Positions 12,171 through 25,289 are shown, counted from the first letter of the whole stretch. The stretch is 63,985 bases of DNA, filler included, from Octopus bimaculoides (GCF_001194135.2; 5 parts of 4 records of this genome joined end to end with filler, not necessarily neighbours in it), one strand, 5' to 3'. The notes: a model not told the origin generated them from the sequence alone. Numbers and translations: made by a program.

Positions 12171-12365
12171 ACCAGTACAACATTTCCTTGTATAACATAA
12201 TCACAAGTGGGATAGTAGCCACGAGTTGATGCTGTTGTTTTTGGTAAGCCCAATGTTGGCCTCCACTAAGCAGGCCTGTGGTCAAACATGTTCAGGCTAC
12301 GATCATCCAGTATTTTGTTATATCTAGAGCTAGACTCTTCAATGGATGGTGTCTTNNNNNNNNNN

Positions 12366-12408
<43 letters not shown>

Positions 12409-13059
12409 TGAGTCTCATGGCTAGTTGCTGACATTTTTTTTTAGGTGCAGGAGTCGCTGTGTGGTAAGTAGCTTGCTTACCGACCACATGCTTTTCTAAT
12501 ATAAACTGGTTGCGCTTATATCAGAATAGCAAACGGTCCATTTGCTTATGTGTAAAAAGGCTTTGTCCAGCTTAAATAAATTAAAGGCGCACTTAGCCAC
12601 GAAGATGTCATTCATGTCCGAGTGGTGTATTTACAGTCATATTGTGTATAAGGAGAATGTCTCTTCTGGTGATAACTTGCGCAGCGTATTGTCTTTCCAT
12701 GTCCGAATGTACACGAACATGTTACGTAAAACTGTACATAACTACATTTAATTCAATAGTTAAGGTTAGAAAAAAAACAAACAAATTACAGTTCTATGTC
12801 ATTCCTGTCATTAGACAAGCTGTTATCCAATGATTAAACAGTTTAAAACCTGCATCTAACGGTACTATTCTTCGCAAATTCCAATATAATAAAAGATAAA
12901 GAAAGTAATACAAATCACGTAAAGAACTCGCGATGTGCATCTGCAACTCTTTATCTAACCACATGTATTCTACAAGTGAAGAACGAGTGGCTAGATGAAG
13001 TGTTGAAGGTGAACTCCAGCCTGAAAATAAGTCATAGACACGCGGGCAAAGGAAGGGAA

Positions 13060-13400
13060 CCGTGAGAAAAATAGCAACCAAATTTCCCTCGGCTTGGTAG
13101 TAACATCAGCTAAATTTCTACCACTTGATAGAAATAGCAGCTAAATTTCCTTCAAATCAGTAGAAATAACAATCAAATTTCCCTCGACTTATTAGAAATA
13201 GTGATTATATTCCGCCCCTACAACTAGTAGAGAAAGCAGTTAATTTCCTTCGATTTCGAAGAAATTGCAACCAAATTTCTATTTACTTGCTAGAAATAGC
13301 AACCAAATTTTCCTTAACTTGATAGATATAGAAGCCAATTTTTTCTCGATTTGCAGAAATGACAGCCAAATTTCCTTATATCCTTCAAATACATTCTCCT
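13060..13400. repeat. Degenerate ~33-bp minisatellite (tagaaatagcagccaaatttccctcaacttg-like)
   Basis: About 9-10 diverged tandem units. Confidence 0.7.
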
Positions 13401-13599
13401 GTCTGAAGAATTGGAGAATGCATTGGCTATATTATCCAATAAAATCTTACAAGCATAGTTTGAATAAAAACAGTATGCAATGGTCACGCTTGAAGCGCTT
13501 CAGATGATAGGTTTGTTCGATCAAGGCTAATATGGGAGCTCACAACAGCAATAACAACTTGAAACGGGTAATAAAACAATTCTTTCTAATTTTGGCACA

Positions 13600-14205
13600 A
13601 GACCAGCAATTTTGAGGGCAAAAGAAGACGAGCACATCGACCTCACTGCTTGAAAAATACTTATTTTAGCGGCTCCGAAAAGATGAAAAGCTTCGGCGGG
13701 ATTTTAATTCAGAATGTTAAGAACCGGAAGAATTGCTACCAGACACTTTATCCGATGCGGTAACGGTTCTCCTGGCTGGGCGCCTTCTAATAATGTGTTC
13801 TACTATAAGCACAAGACCTGAAATTTCGCGGGAGGGGTCAAGTCGACTGCATCAAACCCAGTATTTGGACTAGTACATGTTTTATCGATCCCGAAAGGAT
13901 GAAAGGCAAAGTCCAAGTCCACCTCAGTGACATTTGAACTCAGGATGTTACAGGTCGGATCAAATACCGCTTTCACGTGAAATAAACTAATCCTTTCTCG
14001 TATAGGCACAAAATCTGAAAATCTGAGGCGATGGATTTATCGATAACACCGACCTAGTACTCGACTGGTACTTATTTTATCGACGCTGAAACGGAAGAAA
14101 GTCAAAGTCGACCTTGGCAGGATTTGAACTTGGAACGTAAAGGTGGACGAAAGACCGCTAAGCATTTTGTCCAGCGTGTTAACGATTCAGATAGCTAATC
14201 GCCTT
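13600..14205 (-). mobile_element. Three tandem degenerate SINE family A copies
   Basis: Repeated aaaggatgaaaggcaaagtc..ggatttgaact modules. Confidence 0.7.
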
Positions 14206-14433
14206 CATCTATACCAGCGGTTCCCAACCTTTTCACAGTGGTTCCTAGCAGTGGCTCCCAGCCCTTTTATTTATATATATATATATATATACCGGAGTAA
14301 GCACATGAAATGTGCAACAAGGTAGAAAAAAGAGTACTCAAATACCAGAGGTAGAGTAATATGCTTTATTTAAAAGCAGCAGAAATATAACAAAAGACTG
14401 TTACTCTGAGTTTCACGTTCCCGTTCATCGAAA

Positions 14434-14473
14434 ACTGTCCGATGAACGGGAACGTGAAACTCAGAGTAACAGT
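14434..14473 (+). ncRNA. Minimal type I hammerhead ribozyme motif
   Basis: ACTGT-CCGATGA-ACG(GGAA)CGT-GAA-ACTC(A)GAGT-A-ACAGT: helix I, core (U4C variant), helix II, GAAA, palindromic helix III and a GUA cleavage triplet. Confidence 0.7.
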
Positions 14474-14509
14474 CTTTTGTTATATTTCTGCTGCTTTTAA
14501 ATAAAGTAT

Positions 14510-14609
14510 NNNNNNNNNNNNNNNNNNNNNNNNNNNNNNNNNNNNNNNNNNNNTTAATTAATTAANNNNNNNNNNNNNNNNNNNNNNNNNNNNNNNNNNN
14601 NNNNNNNNN
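14510..14609. other. Artificial scaffold-join linker N44-TTAATTAATTAA-N44
   Basis: Exactly 100 bp, with a six-frame stop 12-mer at 14554-14565. Identical at four sites. Confidence 0.95.
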
Positions 14610-17389
14610 GAGAGAGAGAGAGAGCGGGGGGAGGAGAGAGAGAGAGAGCGGGGGGAGGAGAGAGAGAGGTGAAAAAAGAAAGAGAAGAAATATTGCATTC
14701 ACGACGTGATTCAGAAAAATAATGGAATTTGTAATATCAATGACGACAGATAGCTACAGCATCGTTCATACATGCGTATTTTTCTTTTTTCTTGTAAAAT
14801 ATATTATTATTACGAATGGCAGAATCATTAGAATGCTAGATTAAATATCTTTCAGTACTAAGTTACTCATTGAGTTCAATTCCTGCTGGAGTCGACATTT
14901 CTAAACATAGTTCCGGAATTGCTAAAATAAAGGCTTCTCGAGTACTGGTGCGATATTGCGCACTTCATATAAAGATTAAAAACAAATTGTTTTAAAGCTA
15001 AACAACTAGCACTCCATGCTAGTATTCCAGTTGATCCGATCAACGGAACAGCTTGCTGGGGAAATTAACCTGTAAATAGCTGAGCACTCCGCAGACACCT
15101 CTATAACCCTTACTGTATACTATTTGAGAACCACTGCACTAGGGTATGATTTAAGAGAGGTTTAAGGTTGCTGTTTCTTGCAGGTAGAGCGATGAGGTAG
15201 ACGCTTTGAATGGAAGCAAAAGCATAACAAAAATGATTCAAAACATTTTGTCTGTCATTCTAGCAATAATATTATTGGCACAATATTACAAGTAAATTGT
15301 CACTTGATTTCCTTTACACCGCAAAATTGAAACTTTGCGAGAACCTCTTCTATATTATTTTTAAAAAAGGAAGAACGCGAGAGATATTGTAATCTTCGAT
15401 GCACTAGGTCTTATAAAGACGAGATAGTCATGGCTGGACCGACTCTGGTTGTATATTTGCTGGATCAGAGTTGTTAGAGAGGTGGATGGAATACCTCATA
15501 GTATTTTTTTTTTTTTATTTTGAAATATTTGCCCTCTGAACTCAAATACTACTTAAGTATTTGAACTCAGAAGGCATTGAGTCGGAACAAATATTTTTTA
15601 TTGGGGTCGATAAATAAATGTCAATGCAGAACGATATGTTGATGGAACTGTTAGAACATCGAGCGAAGAACCATGCATTTTATTGTCCGTTTTTTTTTTT
15701 TGCGTTCTGGCAGCAACGACGGCGATGACAATGGGTCCAGGTTGTATTGGTACATGTCTGCACTCTTTTCCTTGGACAGACATCGGTGGCGTGGATAAGG
15801 TAGACATGCATGTATTGGGAAACTTCTCGGCATCTTTAAAACGTCAAGCCCAGATTTGGACATGTATCTGCAGATGAATAGTCAACACTGACCGACGGAT
15901 GCCCAAAAGAACCGACCGTCACTTAGCAACAAATAATGGTTTCAAATTTTGTCACAGGGCCAGAAGATTCTGAGGGAAGGGGGTTAGTCATTTATATCGA
16001 CCCAAATACTAATAAGGATGAAAGGTAATGTTGACCTCGGTGAAATTTGAGCTCAGAACGTAAAGAAGAACGAAACGTCGATAAACATTTCGTCTGGCGT
16101 GCTAACGGTCCTGCAGCACGCTGTATTCTTAACAACTAATGATAGGCGATTGCACAATCCTAGATTGCATTTCCTCTAATCTTTTCCATTTTTCATTCGG
16201 AAAGACCCATCAAGTGCTAAAGTGCATGGTGTTACAGCATCTGTAAATCCACATTGCAAAAGTCCAATCAGACTAAACTAGTATGAGGCTACGTAGTCTA
16301 TACTTCACTAAAGTGATCAAAACAGGACCGAAAGTGTTTTGAATCGTCCCCCACGCTACATTTTAGAAAATTAAAATAAAATTAGGCTTTGGCTTAATAT
16401 CAATTTTTTTTTATTTGCTGCATCATTACTTCTAGTTAACTTTTTAATGTTTCATGCCTTAAATAAGTTAACACCAACTTGCCTAAAATATCTATGACTT
16501 TAGTTTGTTAAAGCTGAGTCATTCGTTCTGAACAACTTCAAAATTAAGTAATTTTCAGGAAACACTATAGACACATTATTTTTCATGTCAGAGACGATAG
16601 TAAATGTCTGTCAGTAGATATTGATTTCTTAGGTACACTACCACAAATTTACAAGTAAATAGAAGTAAATGAAATAAACTGGCTCCAACTAGGAAGCGAA
16701 AGCAAATTCTGGTTTTAGTTCGCTCGGAAATTACATCATCTTCCTGATTCATTGACATATTTGTTGTGGTTGTTGGTTCTGTTTAATACCGCATCAGCTC
16801 TAATTGGATAAGAATTATAAGCAGAAGCAGTCATAATCATCCTATATTATGTTTTTTAGACATAGTGTTCCTCAGACTACATTATTCGATGTGTCCTTTC
16901 TTTTAAGACGGCAGTGTAATATATGAGAGATTTGATTGATATTTCTTGCCGGTTGAGCGGCCAAGTACAAATTCGTTCATTGGAACTAAAGATAGTCAAT
17001 AAATGTTTTTGCAATTATATGAATTTAATAAAAGCTTATAGCACTTTTACTTGTTATTACTATGTTGAATTAAATAGTGAACAAATTTTCCTTTTCAAGT
17101 ACATAAGATCAAATAATGTATTTGGAGAAAATGTTTTACATGTTAAAACTTACCACATCTCTAAAACAAGGAGTATAATTAGTCCAGTAAACGTTGGAGG
17201 TCGGGTGACGGAACCAAGTTCCATTTGGAAGACAATCTTTGAAAGCAAACGCTAAAAGAGAATAGAAATAGTAATGTACATAAAATAGTAATTCTTTTTT
17301 TAAAATTATAAATTAATTTTTTGAATTTAAAATTTGACCAAAAGCATTTTTCTTTATTCTACTCTTCAGCTAGAAGATTAAACACAATT

Positions 17390-17680
17390 TCATTCATTCA
17401 TTCATTCATTCATTCATTCATCTCCCATTATCCCTGGGTGTTGAGTCCTTACGCATCTCCTCCATTGAGACCTGTCAGCAGGAACCGTCATTAGACTTTC
17501 AGATGGATTCCAAGAAGAAATAAGAGACCAACTGAGACTGGATATTATCCAACCATCTTGTTCTTGACCCACTCCTCGGTTGGCTCGGTTTGAAGAATCG
17601 TCTTGCGATTCTTTCCTACAACATTCTGGTCACATGTCTGTTATACCGAAGCGGTGACCTCTTAATGCGAAATATAAGAC
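17390..17680 (-). mobile_element. RTE-like LINE 3' end, degenerate
   Basis: Minus strand resembles RHVTRM..RIARR..PRSGSRTRWLDNI, followed by a (TGAA)n tail. Confidence 0.55.
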
Positions 17681-18252
17681 CAAAAGTTTAAAAATTTGAT
17701 AAAATAGATAGAATTTTGCTGTAGCTTCAGCAGATGATGTTTTCTCACCCACAGACAAACTACTACAGATGTTAGTTAAGTTAATGTTGACTTATTTAAT
17801 GCAAATGTCATTAAGAAGCTAATTACAAATAATAATCCAGTGAAAAAAATAATTGCTTCTAATATAAGAACAAAACTAATAGTTTTGAGGGGAAGGGATT
17901 TGATAATACCATCTGATCCAGTATTTGATTGGTAATTCATTTTATCTACACCTGTAGGGGTGGTAGGCAAAGTTGACCTTATCCGGATTTGAACTCAAAA
18001 CTTAAAGAACCGGAATAATAGGCGCAATGCATTTTCCGATGATCAAACAATTCTGCCAGCTCGCTGCCTTTGCACCGAAAAAAAATATTCGTAAATAACA
18101 TTAGAATGATTTCAGTAAGTATAGGAAAATATGTTTCATTCTTATTATGACTTCATTAGCAAAGACTTCCCCATAATTGTCAACGTAGTGATGGAAGAAA
18201 TACTAAGCAAACGTATAGGACTGTAAATTAGTTGGTGTAGGAAAATATAAAT

Positions 18253-18304
<52 letters not shown>

Positions 18305-18655
18305 TATTATTATCTGATATATTATCTTGAATGAAATAGAAAAGATTGATAAATATGGAGACCTGAGAATCGAGATCGCCAAGATGTGGCAGCCACAAGA
18401 GTCAAACGTAAAGGTTGTCCCTGTTATTACCGGAGCATTGGGTTCAATATCACCCAACCTGAAGGAACATCTGGAAACTTTAGAAATACCCTATAATCTA
18501 GGTGCATTGCAAAAATCGGCATTACTTGGAACTGCACGCATATTGCGTAAAGTACTGTCAGACTGAGGTCCTTGTTGTGACTCCCGGTAGACACAATATC
18601 TTCAATCAACAACATCACGATATTGGATACTGTGCAACGTCTTAAATAATAATAA
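18305..18655 (+). mobile_element. R4/Dong-like 3' fragment (RLE C-terminus and 3'UTR)
   Basis: EKIDKYGDLRIEIAKMW..VVPVITGALG..LQKSALLGTARILRKVLSD*. Preceded by (TAA)n and ends in aataataa. Confidence 0.85.
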
Positions 18656-19181
18656 CCACCCTCACAAAATGTAACAAAAATTGTATTAGTGTATTTCATG
18701 TAGAAGCACTTAAAAGCTGCTTGAAATAAATATCAGTCGATGACTATCATTATTTTAATTATTTCGGTAAGTTTGTTCGATCACATGTAAAGAAGGATAT
18801 TCAACAACTACTATAAACTTCCTGTTTCCTAATTTATATTTTAATGCTCGTAAAGATTTTCTGAACGGCTTGACGATCAATTCCGACCCGTCACCTGCTA
18901 ATCTGTGGAACAGAAGACATTATATAGAGCTACATGTATGATGTCTGAACGATTAAAAGCCAATCTTTCTTTTCAGCTTCAGACTAGTCTTGTCATTCCT
19001 GGCATTATAAAATCCAATTACTAATGAACGATGTCAATCAAATTACTAGGAGCCTGTATAAAACCTAGTGAACAATTAATAGTCCTTATCACTTTCAGAC
19101 AACCAAATATTGATTATATCGATTTTCTGTCCATAAATCGAAGTTTGTTGATTTTTTTTGCTATCTATCTATCTATCTATA

Positions 19182-19230
<49 letters not shown>

Positions 19231-19771
19231 GCCTATCTATCTGTCTGTCTATTTTTACTCAATTACTTTCAACTGGTTATTAATCTATGCAACTTTAGTC
19301 AAGGCCCATCCACTGATGTTGTCTGAAGACTCCGTCCACTAATGTGGATGGTCATTGAATAAAGTTGCAAGTAACTGGGTACAAATGCAATTACGAGATT
19401 TCTATGCAGCAGAAACGTGCGTCAGACACATTTAAATCAAATATGCTGTATAAATGACCGTTGAAATACAAAATTATGCAGATGTACTAATCTCCGTATT
19501 CATTGTAATTGTCTTGGATATACATCTGGTAGAATATTTATAATCCAGGAAAGTTAACCTGGGATGTACCCATTGGATGGAATACATTGGGATTGCTTAC
19601 CTCAAGTAATACTAAGTGCTCCTTAATTCGATGCAGTTAGCTATAACCTGGATTAAAACTGAATACTCGAACGGTACTCGCCTGGATATTTTAACCGTGA
19701 TCTATTCACTATGTATATATATGTGTGCTTGTGTGTATGTGCGTGTGCGTGTGCGCGTCTATGTATAAATA

Positions 19772-19814
<43 letters not shown>

Positions 19815-20164
19815 NNNNNNNNNNNNNNNNNNNNNNNNNNNNNNNNNNNNNNNNNNNNNNNNNNNNNNNNNNNNNNNNNNNNNNNNNNNNNNNNNNNNNN
19901 NNNNNNNNNNNNNNNNNNNNNNNNNNNNNNNNNNNNNNNNNNNNNNNNNNNNNNNNNNNNNNNNNNNNNNNNNNNNNNNNNNNNNNNNNNNNNNNNNNNN
20001 NNNNNNNNNNNNNNNNNNNNNNNNNNNNNNNNNNNNNNNNNNNNNNNNNNNNNNNNNNNNNNNNNNNNNNNNNNNNNNNNNNNNNNNNNNNNNNNNNNNN
20101 NNNNNNNNNNNNNNNNNNNNNNNNNNNNNNNNNNNNNNNNNNNNNNNNNNNNNNNNNNNNNNNN

Positions 20165-20204
<40 letters not shown>

Positions 20205-20279
20205 GTGAAAGGGGAAAACAAACGTTAAAGCAAGACAAACATCTCAAAGTATATACATCATTATTGTAAAAATTGAAAG

Positions 20280-20335
20280 TTTTTACAGTTGTTTCTGGGA
20301 TATCCCATAATATGGGATATTCCGTCATCGGAGAC
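20280..20335 (-). ncRNA. Type I hammerhead motif (left arm)
   Basis: Minus strand GTCT-CCGATGA-CGGaATATCCCAT(att)ATGGGATATcCCA-GAA-ACAACTGT-A-AAAA. The 3' strand of helix I is decayed. Confidence 0.55.
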
Positions 20336-20529
20336 AAATAGGGAAGATGACACAGAGGACAGGAGAAAAGGAATAAGGAGATGGTGAAAGAGTAGAAAAA
20401 AAAAGAAGCATAAAAGTTGAACTGTGAATTTTTATGCTTCTTCTTCTCTTTCTTCATCTCCTTATTCCCTTTCTCCTGTCCTCTGTGTCGTCATTTCATT
20501 AATCTATACCCTTCTCATTTTCCCTATTT

Positions 20530-20585
20530 GTCTCCGATGACGGAATATCCTATACTCTGAGATATCCCAGAAACAGGTGTAAGAC
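20530..20585 (+). ncRNA. Type I hammerhead motif (right arm)
   Basis: GTCT-CCGATGA-CGGAATATC..GATATCCCA-GAA-ACAGGTGT-A-AGAC. Helix I GTCT/AGAC is intact, with a GUA triplet. Confidence 0.65.
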
Positions 20586-21041
20586 TTTAAATTTTTCCAA
20601 TAATAATGACGTATATGATTTGAACTTTTTGCCTTACTTTAAAGTTTGTTGTCCTCTTTAACAATTATATATCCACTTTATCGGAAACCTACAATGGCTC
20701 CATAACTACAGTCTCGGCTATAATCGTGGAGCCCTTGAAATCCGTTACAGCACTTACCTAGCGTACCTAATCATTTAGATCACGTTTGAACTAAACTCTC
20801 ATACTTTGTATGTATGTATGTATGTATGTATGTATATACACACGCATATATACATATATTTATATATGTATATTTATATATATGTATATATATGTTTATA
20901 TGTATATACAAATATGTATATGTAGTGTAACATTTATACATATGTATGTACACACATATATACATACATATATATATATATATATAGGTATATAGATATG
21001 ATATAATATAATATAATATGTGACAATTATTCGGTTGCCAT

Positions 21042-21102
21042 AATAAAACTCCGTGTTTCGGATGTCGGGGCGGAAATCTACTCCGGCATCTCGTCAGTTA
21101 TT
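21042..21102 (-). ncRNA. Type I hammerhead motif with canonical CUGACGA core
   Basis: Minus strand AATAA-CTGACGA-GATGCCGG(14 nt)CCGACATC-C-GAA-AC(ACGGA)GT-T-TTATT. Confidence 0.65.
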
Positions 21103-21434
21103 AAGACAAACAAAAATGCTATGAAAATGACCGTTAAACAAAGAGAAATTACTATGTAAATGACCGTTATTAAGACAAACAAAAGAGCTATTAGAATGAC
21201 CATTAAACAAAGGGAAAAACCTGAAGGGGAGAAAGTAAAAAACGCTCATAGAATACGCGTATGCGCGCATGTACATACATACACATGCGCGCACGCACAC
21301 CCACGTACATGTGCCTATATGCATATGCTCACTCACACTCGCGTGAAACACATACATACACGCCCACACGCACGCCTATATGAGCACATATATATGCAGC
21401 CATACACATGTACACATATACATACCTGCACACA

Positions 21435-21469
<35 letters not shown>

Positions 21470-21589
21470 GTATATATACCCATACGCGAACAAAATTATT
21501 CATATACACGTCAATATACGTACATGAACAAAAAATGCAGGGTGAAAGGTAATATACAGAAAAAATATGTAAATATATATAAAAAATAT

Positions 21590-22725
21590 GCTTTCGATGT
21601 GAGCATGGGGTCATACGATGGAGCAGAAATATGCGATCTCATTAGACTATTCCTAATCGATACGTTGGGCAAGACTTTTCCTGACGTATATTTCACCATT
21701 TACAAAGATGATGCCCTAGCATTAACCACAAATACCAATAGACCGGCACAAGAGCGGTTTAGGAAGGACATTATCTAAATGATGAAAACTTTCAGTCTTA
21801 GCATAACTGCAGATACCAACCTGACGGTTGTCAATTTCCTAGATGTATCCTTAGATTTAGATAAGAATATTTACAAACCTAATAGGAAGCCCAACGATAG
21901 ACTTAGTTATATTAATGTAAGTTTCTGCCATCCCCCCATAGTGTTTAAAAGCTTAGTTAAAAACATTAGCAAAAGAATTTCTAGCCTCTCCTCCGATAGG
22001 GACATTTTTAATAGTGTTGCCCCAGTATATAATAATGCTCTAAAAGATAGTGGATTTAGCGAGGAAATAACCTATACACCTGTAACCAGTCCAATAATAA
22101 AGAAAAGGAAACATAGAAATAGGAAAACTATCTTGTTCACAACCCCTTACTCCCCCGAAGTGACCTTTAATATAGGTAAATATTTCTTATCACTTATAGA
22201 TAGACATTTTCCAATCGATCATAGTTACAGAAAGCTCTTCAATAGACATAACTTAAAATCAGTTTTAGCTCAACTACTAATTTAAAAAATATAATCGCAC
22301 ACAACACACAAAAACAACGAAATGAAACCAGCTGTTCATGCAGGGATAAAAATTTGTACCCGCTAAATGGAGCTTGCATGTCCGAGACCATCATTTATGA
22401 AGCCACTGTAGACTCCACAACCACTAAGGACATAGTTTCGTCAAAGAAATATGTGGGTCTCACAGAGGGGAATTTTAAAGCCAGGTTCAACAATCACACC
22501 TTGAGCTTCAGACACTGGGATAAAAGAAAAACAATCAAATTATCCAGTTACATATGGTCCTTAAAAGAAAAAGTTGTCAATTACAACATCCACTGGAAGA
22601 TCTTAGCCAAGTGTAAGCCTTACACCAACGGCAGCGGAAAGTGCGGTCTTTGTGATATGGAACGATGGCTCATCTGGAAAAGCAGCTTAGACCTCACTAC
22701 ATGTCTAAATTCAAGGAGAGAGATA
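21590..22725 (+). mobile_element. Penelope-like element fragment (RT C-terminal half plus GIY-YIG endonuclease), frameshifted
   Basis: FDVSMGSYDGAEICDL and IYKDD (RT motifs), then YPLNGACMSETIIYEATV..KYVGLTEGNFKARFNNH..KCGLC (GIY-YIG type). Confidence 0.85.
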
Positions 22726-22916
22726 GAGAATGATGAGAGACAAACAAATAGATAGATAGATAGACAGATAGCTAGCTAGCTAGCTAGCTAGATAGATAGA
22801 TAGTAGACAACAGAGAAAGACATTCGCTTCGGTAACTGTCTTCCAGAAAATATTCTTCTTATAGATTAGAGTGGTTACGCATTACCAGTTACATACAAAC
22901 ATCTCTTCAGTCGTTC

Positions 22917-23994
22917 GGCATAACTACAGAGTTGTACCCCACAGACTTTGGAACGTCATAACTTTCAGAAAAATGAATATTTTTTAATGAAATTTTCTAT
23001 GCATATAGTATTTATTATGTAGATTCCGAATATACAAAATATTTCCGGTGAAAGTGTTTTGGAATGGGGGTGGGGGACAATTTTCGGAAATTCCAACAGA
23101 GTCCACTTAAATTCTTCTTAACTTCCAGGAAAATGAATATTTTTCGTGAAATTTTCTACAAGTATACCTTGATGTATGTACATTTCGAGCATGTAAGAAT
23201 TTTGAAGGAAACAACTGCAGGTTATTTTTGAGAAGCGTTCCCCACTCGGTGGTGTNNNNNNNNNNNNNNNNNNNNNNNNNNNNNNNNNNNNNNNNNNNNN
23301 NNNNNNNNNNNNNNNNNNNNNNNNNNNNNNNNNNNNNNNNNNNNNNNNNNNNNNNNNNNNNNNNNNNNNNNNNNNNNNNNNNNNNNNNNNNNNNNNNNNN
23401 NNNNNNNNNNNNNNNNNNNNNNNNNNNNNNNNNNNNNNNNNNNNNNNNNNNNNNNNNNNNNNNNNNNNNNNNNNNNNNNNNNNNNNNNNNNNNNNNNNNN
23501 NNNNNNNNNNNNNNNNNNNNNNNNNNNNNNNNNNNNNNNNNNNNNNNNNNNNNNNNNNNNNNNNNNNNNNNNNNNNNNNNNNNNNNNNNNNNNNNNNNNN
23601 NNNNNNNNNNNNNNNNNNNNNNNNNNNNNNNNNNNNNNNNNNNNNNNNNNNNNNNNNNNNNNNNNNNNNNNNNNNNNNNNNNNNNNNNNNNNNCAGGTGT
23701 TTCCTTCAAAATTCTTACATGCTCGAAATGTACATACATCAAGGTATATTTGTAGAAAATTTCACGAAAAAATATTCATTTTCCTGGAAGTTAAGAAGAA
23801 TTTAAGTGGACTCTGTTGGAATTTCCGAAAATTGTCCCCCACCCCCATTCCAAAACACTTTCACCGGAAATTTTTTGTATATTCGGAATCTACATAATAA
23901 ATACTATATGCATAGAAAATTTCATTAAAAATATTCATTTTTCTGAAAGTTATGACCTTCCAAAGTCTGGGGTGTACAACTCTGTAGTTATGCC
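22917..23994. mobile_element. Long-TIR DNA transposon (at least 300-bp TIRs, 8-bp TSD agtcgttc)
   Basis: 22917-23218 is the reverse complement of 23694-23994. Ends are GGCATAAC..GTTATGCC. TSD at 22909-22916 and 23995-24002. The interior is an N gap. Confidence 0.9.
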
Positions 23995-24849
23995 AGTCGT
24001 TCAATGTCCAACAAGAATTGCCGTTTCTATATGTAAATAGTAAAAAAAACCCCATTTGCTGACTTGTACAATGCAAAGGTCTCTCCACGTTTGGGTGTAC
24101 ACGAGTGTATTGAATATGCACAGCTTTAGTTTAATCATTGTTACTTAGTATATTTATAATAAAATAATTTCAGCTTGACAAAGCTTTGCTCACTCCAGGA
24201 AATGCTTGCCAAGCGTTGTTTATATTTAGGAACAGCAGTTTATACTAGGCTGTGAACGATTGCAAACGAATACGTAACTGATGAAACATAAGTACGTCGA
24301 AATACGTCTAGATGACTTCGCTCAGAACAGTCTGTAGTGAGAATATCTTCTCCGGGGCAATCACAACAACAAACGTCTCCCTACGTTTGAGTACACGAAC
24401 GAGTTATATGTGTAGTGTATATGTGCGCGTGCGTGTGTGTGCGTGCGTGCGTGTCTGTGTGTGTGCACGCGCGTGTGCGTGTGTATTATTGCGGCAAAAT
24501 GGCAGAGACAGAGCGTTTGGTAGACTTGTTCCATGTAGTTATAATCAGAGCTTCGGTCTCACATCTCAGCTTTCCACCTGTTGGCCATAACCAGCGTTCC
24601 AACATCATCAGTTTGTTGCATGATTTGGTTATGTAATTTCATTTCTTTCTATCTTGCTTCCTCTGTTGTGCTTGCTTCTGTTCTTGAATTCTACTACTGT
24701 TTCAGAAATTTCAGGGGCATCTCTCGCTGTCGATAGCATTCTTTCTTTACTCCGCACAACTTAATTTTCCAAACCCAATATCGCAGTACTGACGATGCTT
24801 TCTACGTTCGATGATTCTCTGCTTCTTTCCTTTCTTAGTAGGATGGAGA

Positions 24850-25240
24850 AATGAGAGATTTACGTTTAGGGTGGTATGCGATGTGCATTGTGATTGACTA
24901 GTTCTCTTCAAGTTGCGTAACACGACCGTTGTCCGTTTTAGAAAGTGAGAAGAGTATCTTATTGCTGGCATAGCCCTTATATTTATTGCTTTGATTATAT
25001 TCCATCGATTTAATTTTGTTTCGATCACCTTCCCAATTCTCTCTCATTTCTCCATCCATTATCTTCTTGTCGTGCAGTATCCTGGTATTTGTATCCCTCA
25101 TTATTCCACAGCGATCTCATAATGTCTTGTGGTAATTTTATGCCATCAGAGTCCGCTCTTCATAATTATTAATGCTTACTTATCTATCCCAAACTGCATT
25201 CTACTATCCGTGCTGAATACTCTTACTGTTTGGATATTCT
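24850..25240 (-). mobile_element. R4/Dong-like RT C-terminal fragment, decayed
   Basis: IQTVRVFSTD..MQFGIDK, GYKY, KLNRWNIIKAINIRAMPAIRYS. Confidence 0.7.
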
Positions 25241-25289
25241 TGTTGTTGTCGCCGTCTTCGTTGTTGTTGTCATTTCATTTCTCAAAACT

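Larger units (their letters stand above)
20199..20670. mobile_element. ~470-bp foldback element carrying two inverted hammerhead motifs
   Basis: Imperfect arms 20199-20415 and 20430-20670, flanked by (TA)n. Confidence 0.75.

Noticed and set aside
15598-15877. Short ORFs on both strands (signal-peptide-like stretch, WTDIGG resembling AAA ATPases)
   Set aside because: No consistent start, splice or family support. The similarity is too short to trust.
24270-24315. CTGATGA..GAAA hammerhead-like string
   Set aside because: Helix II needs two substitutions and helix I does not pair.
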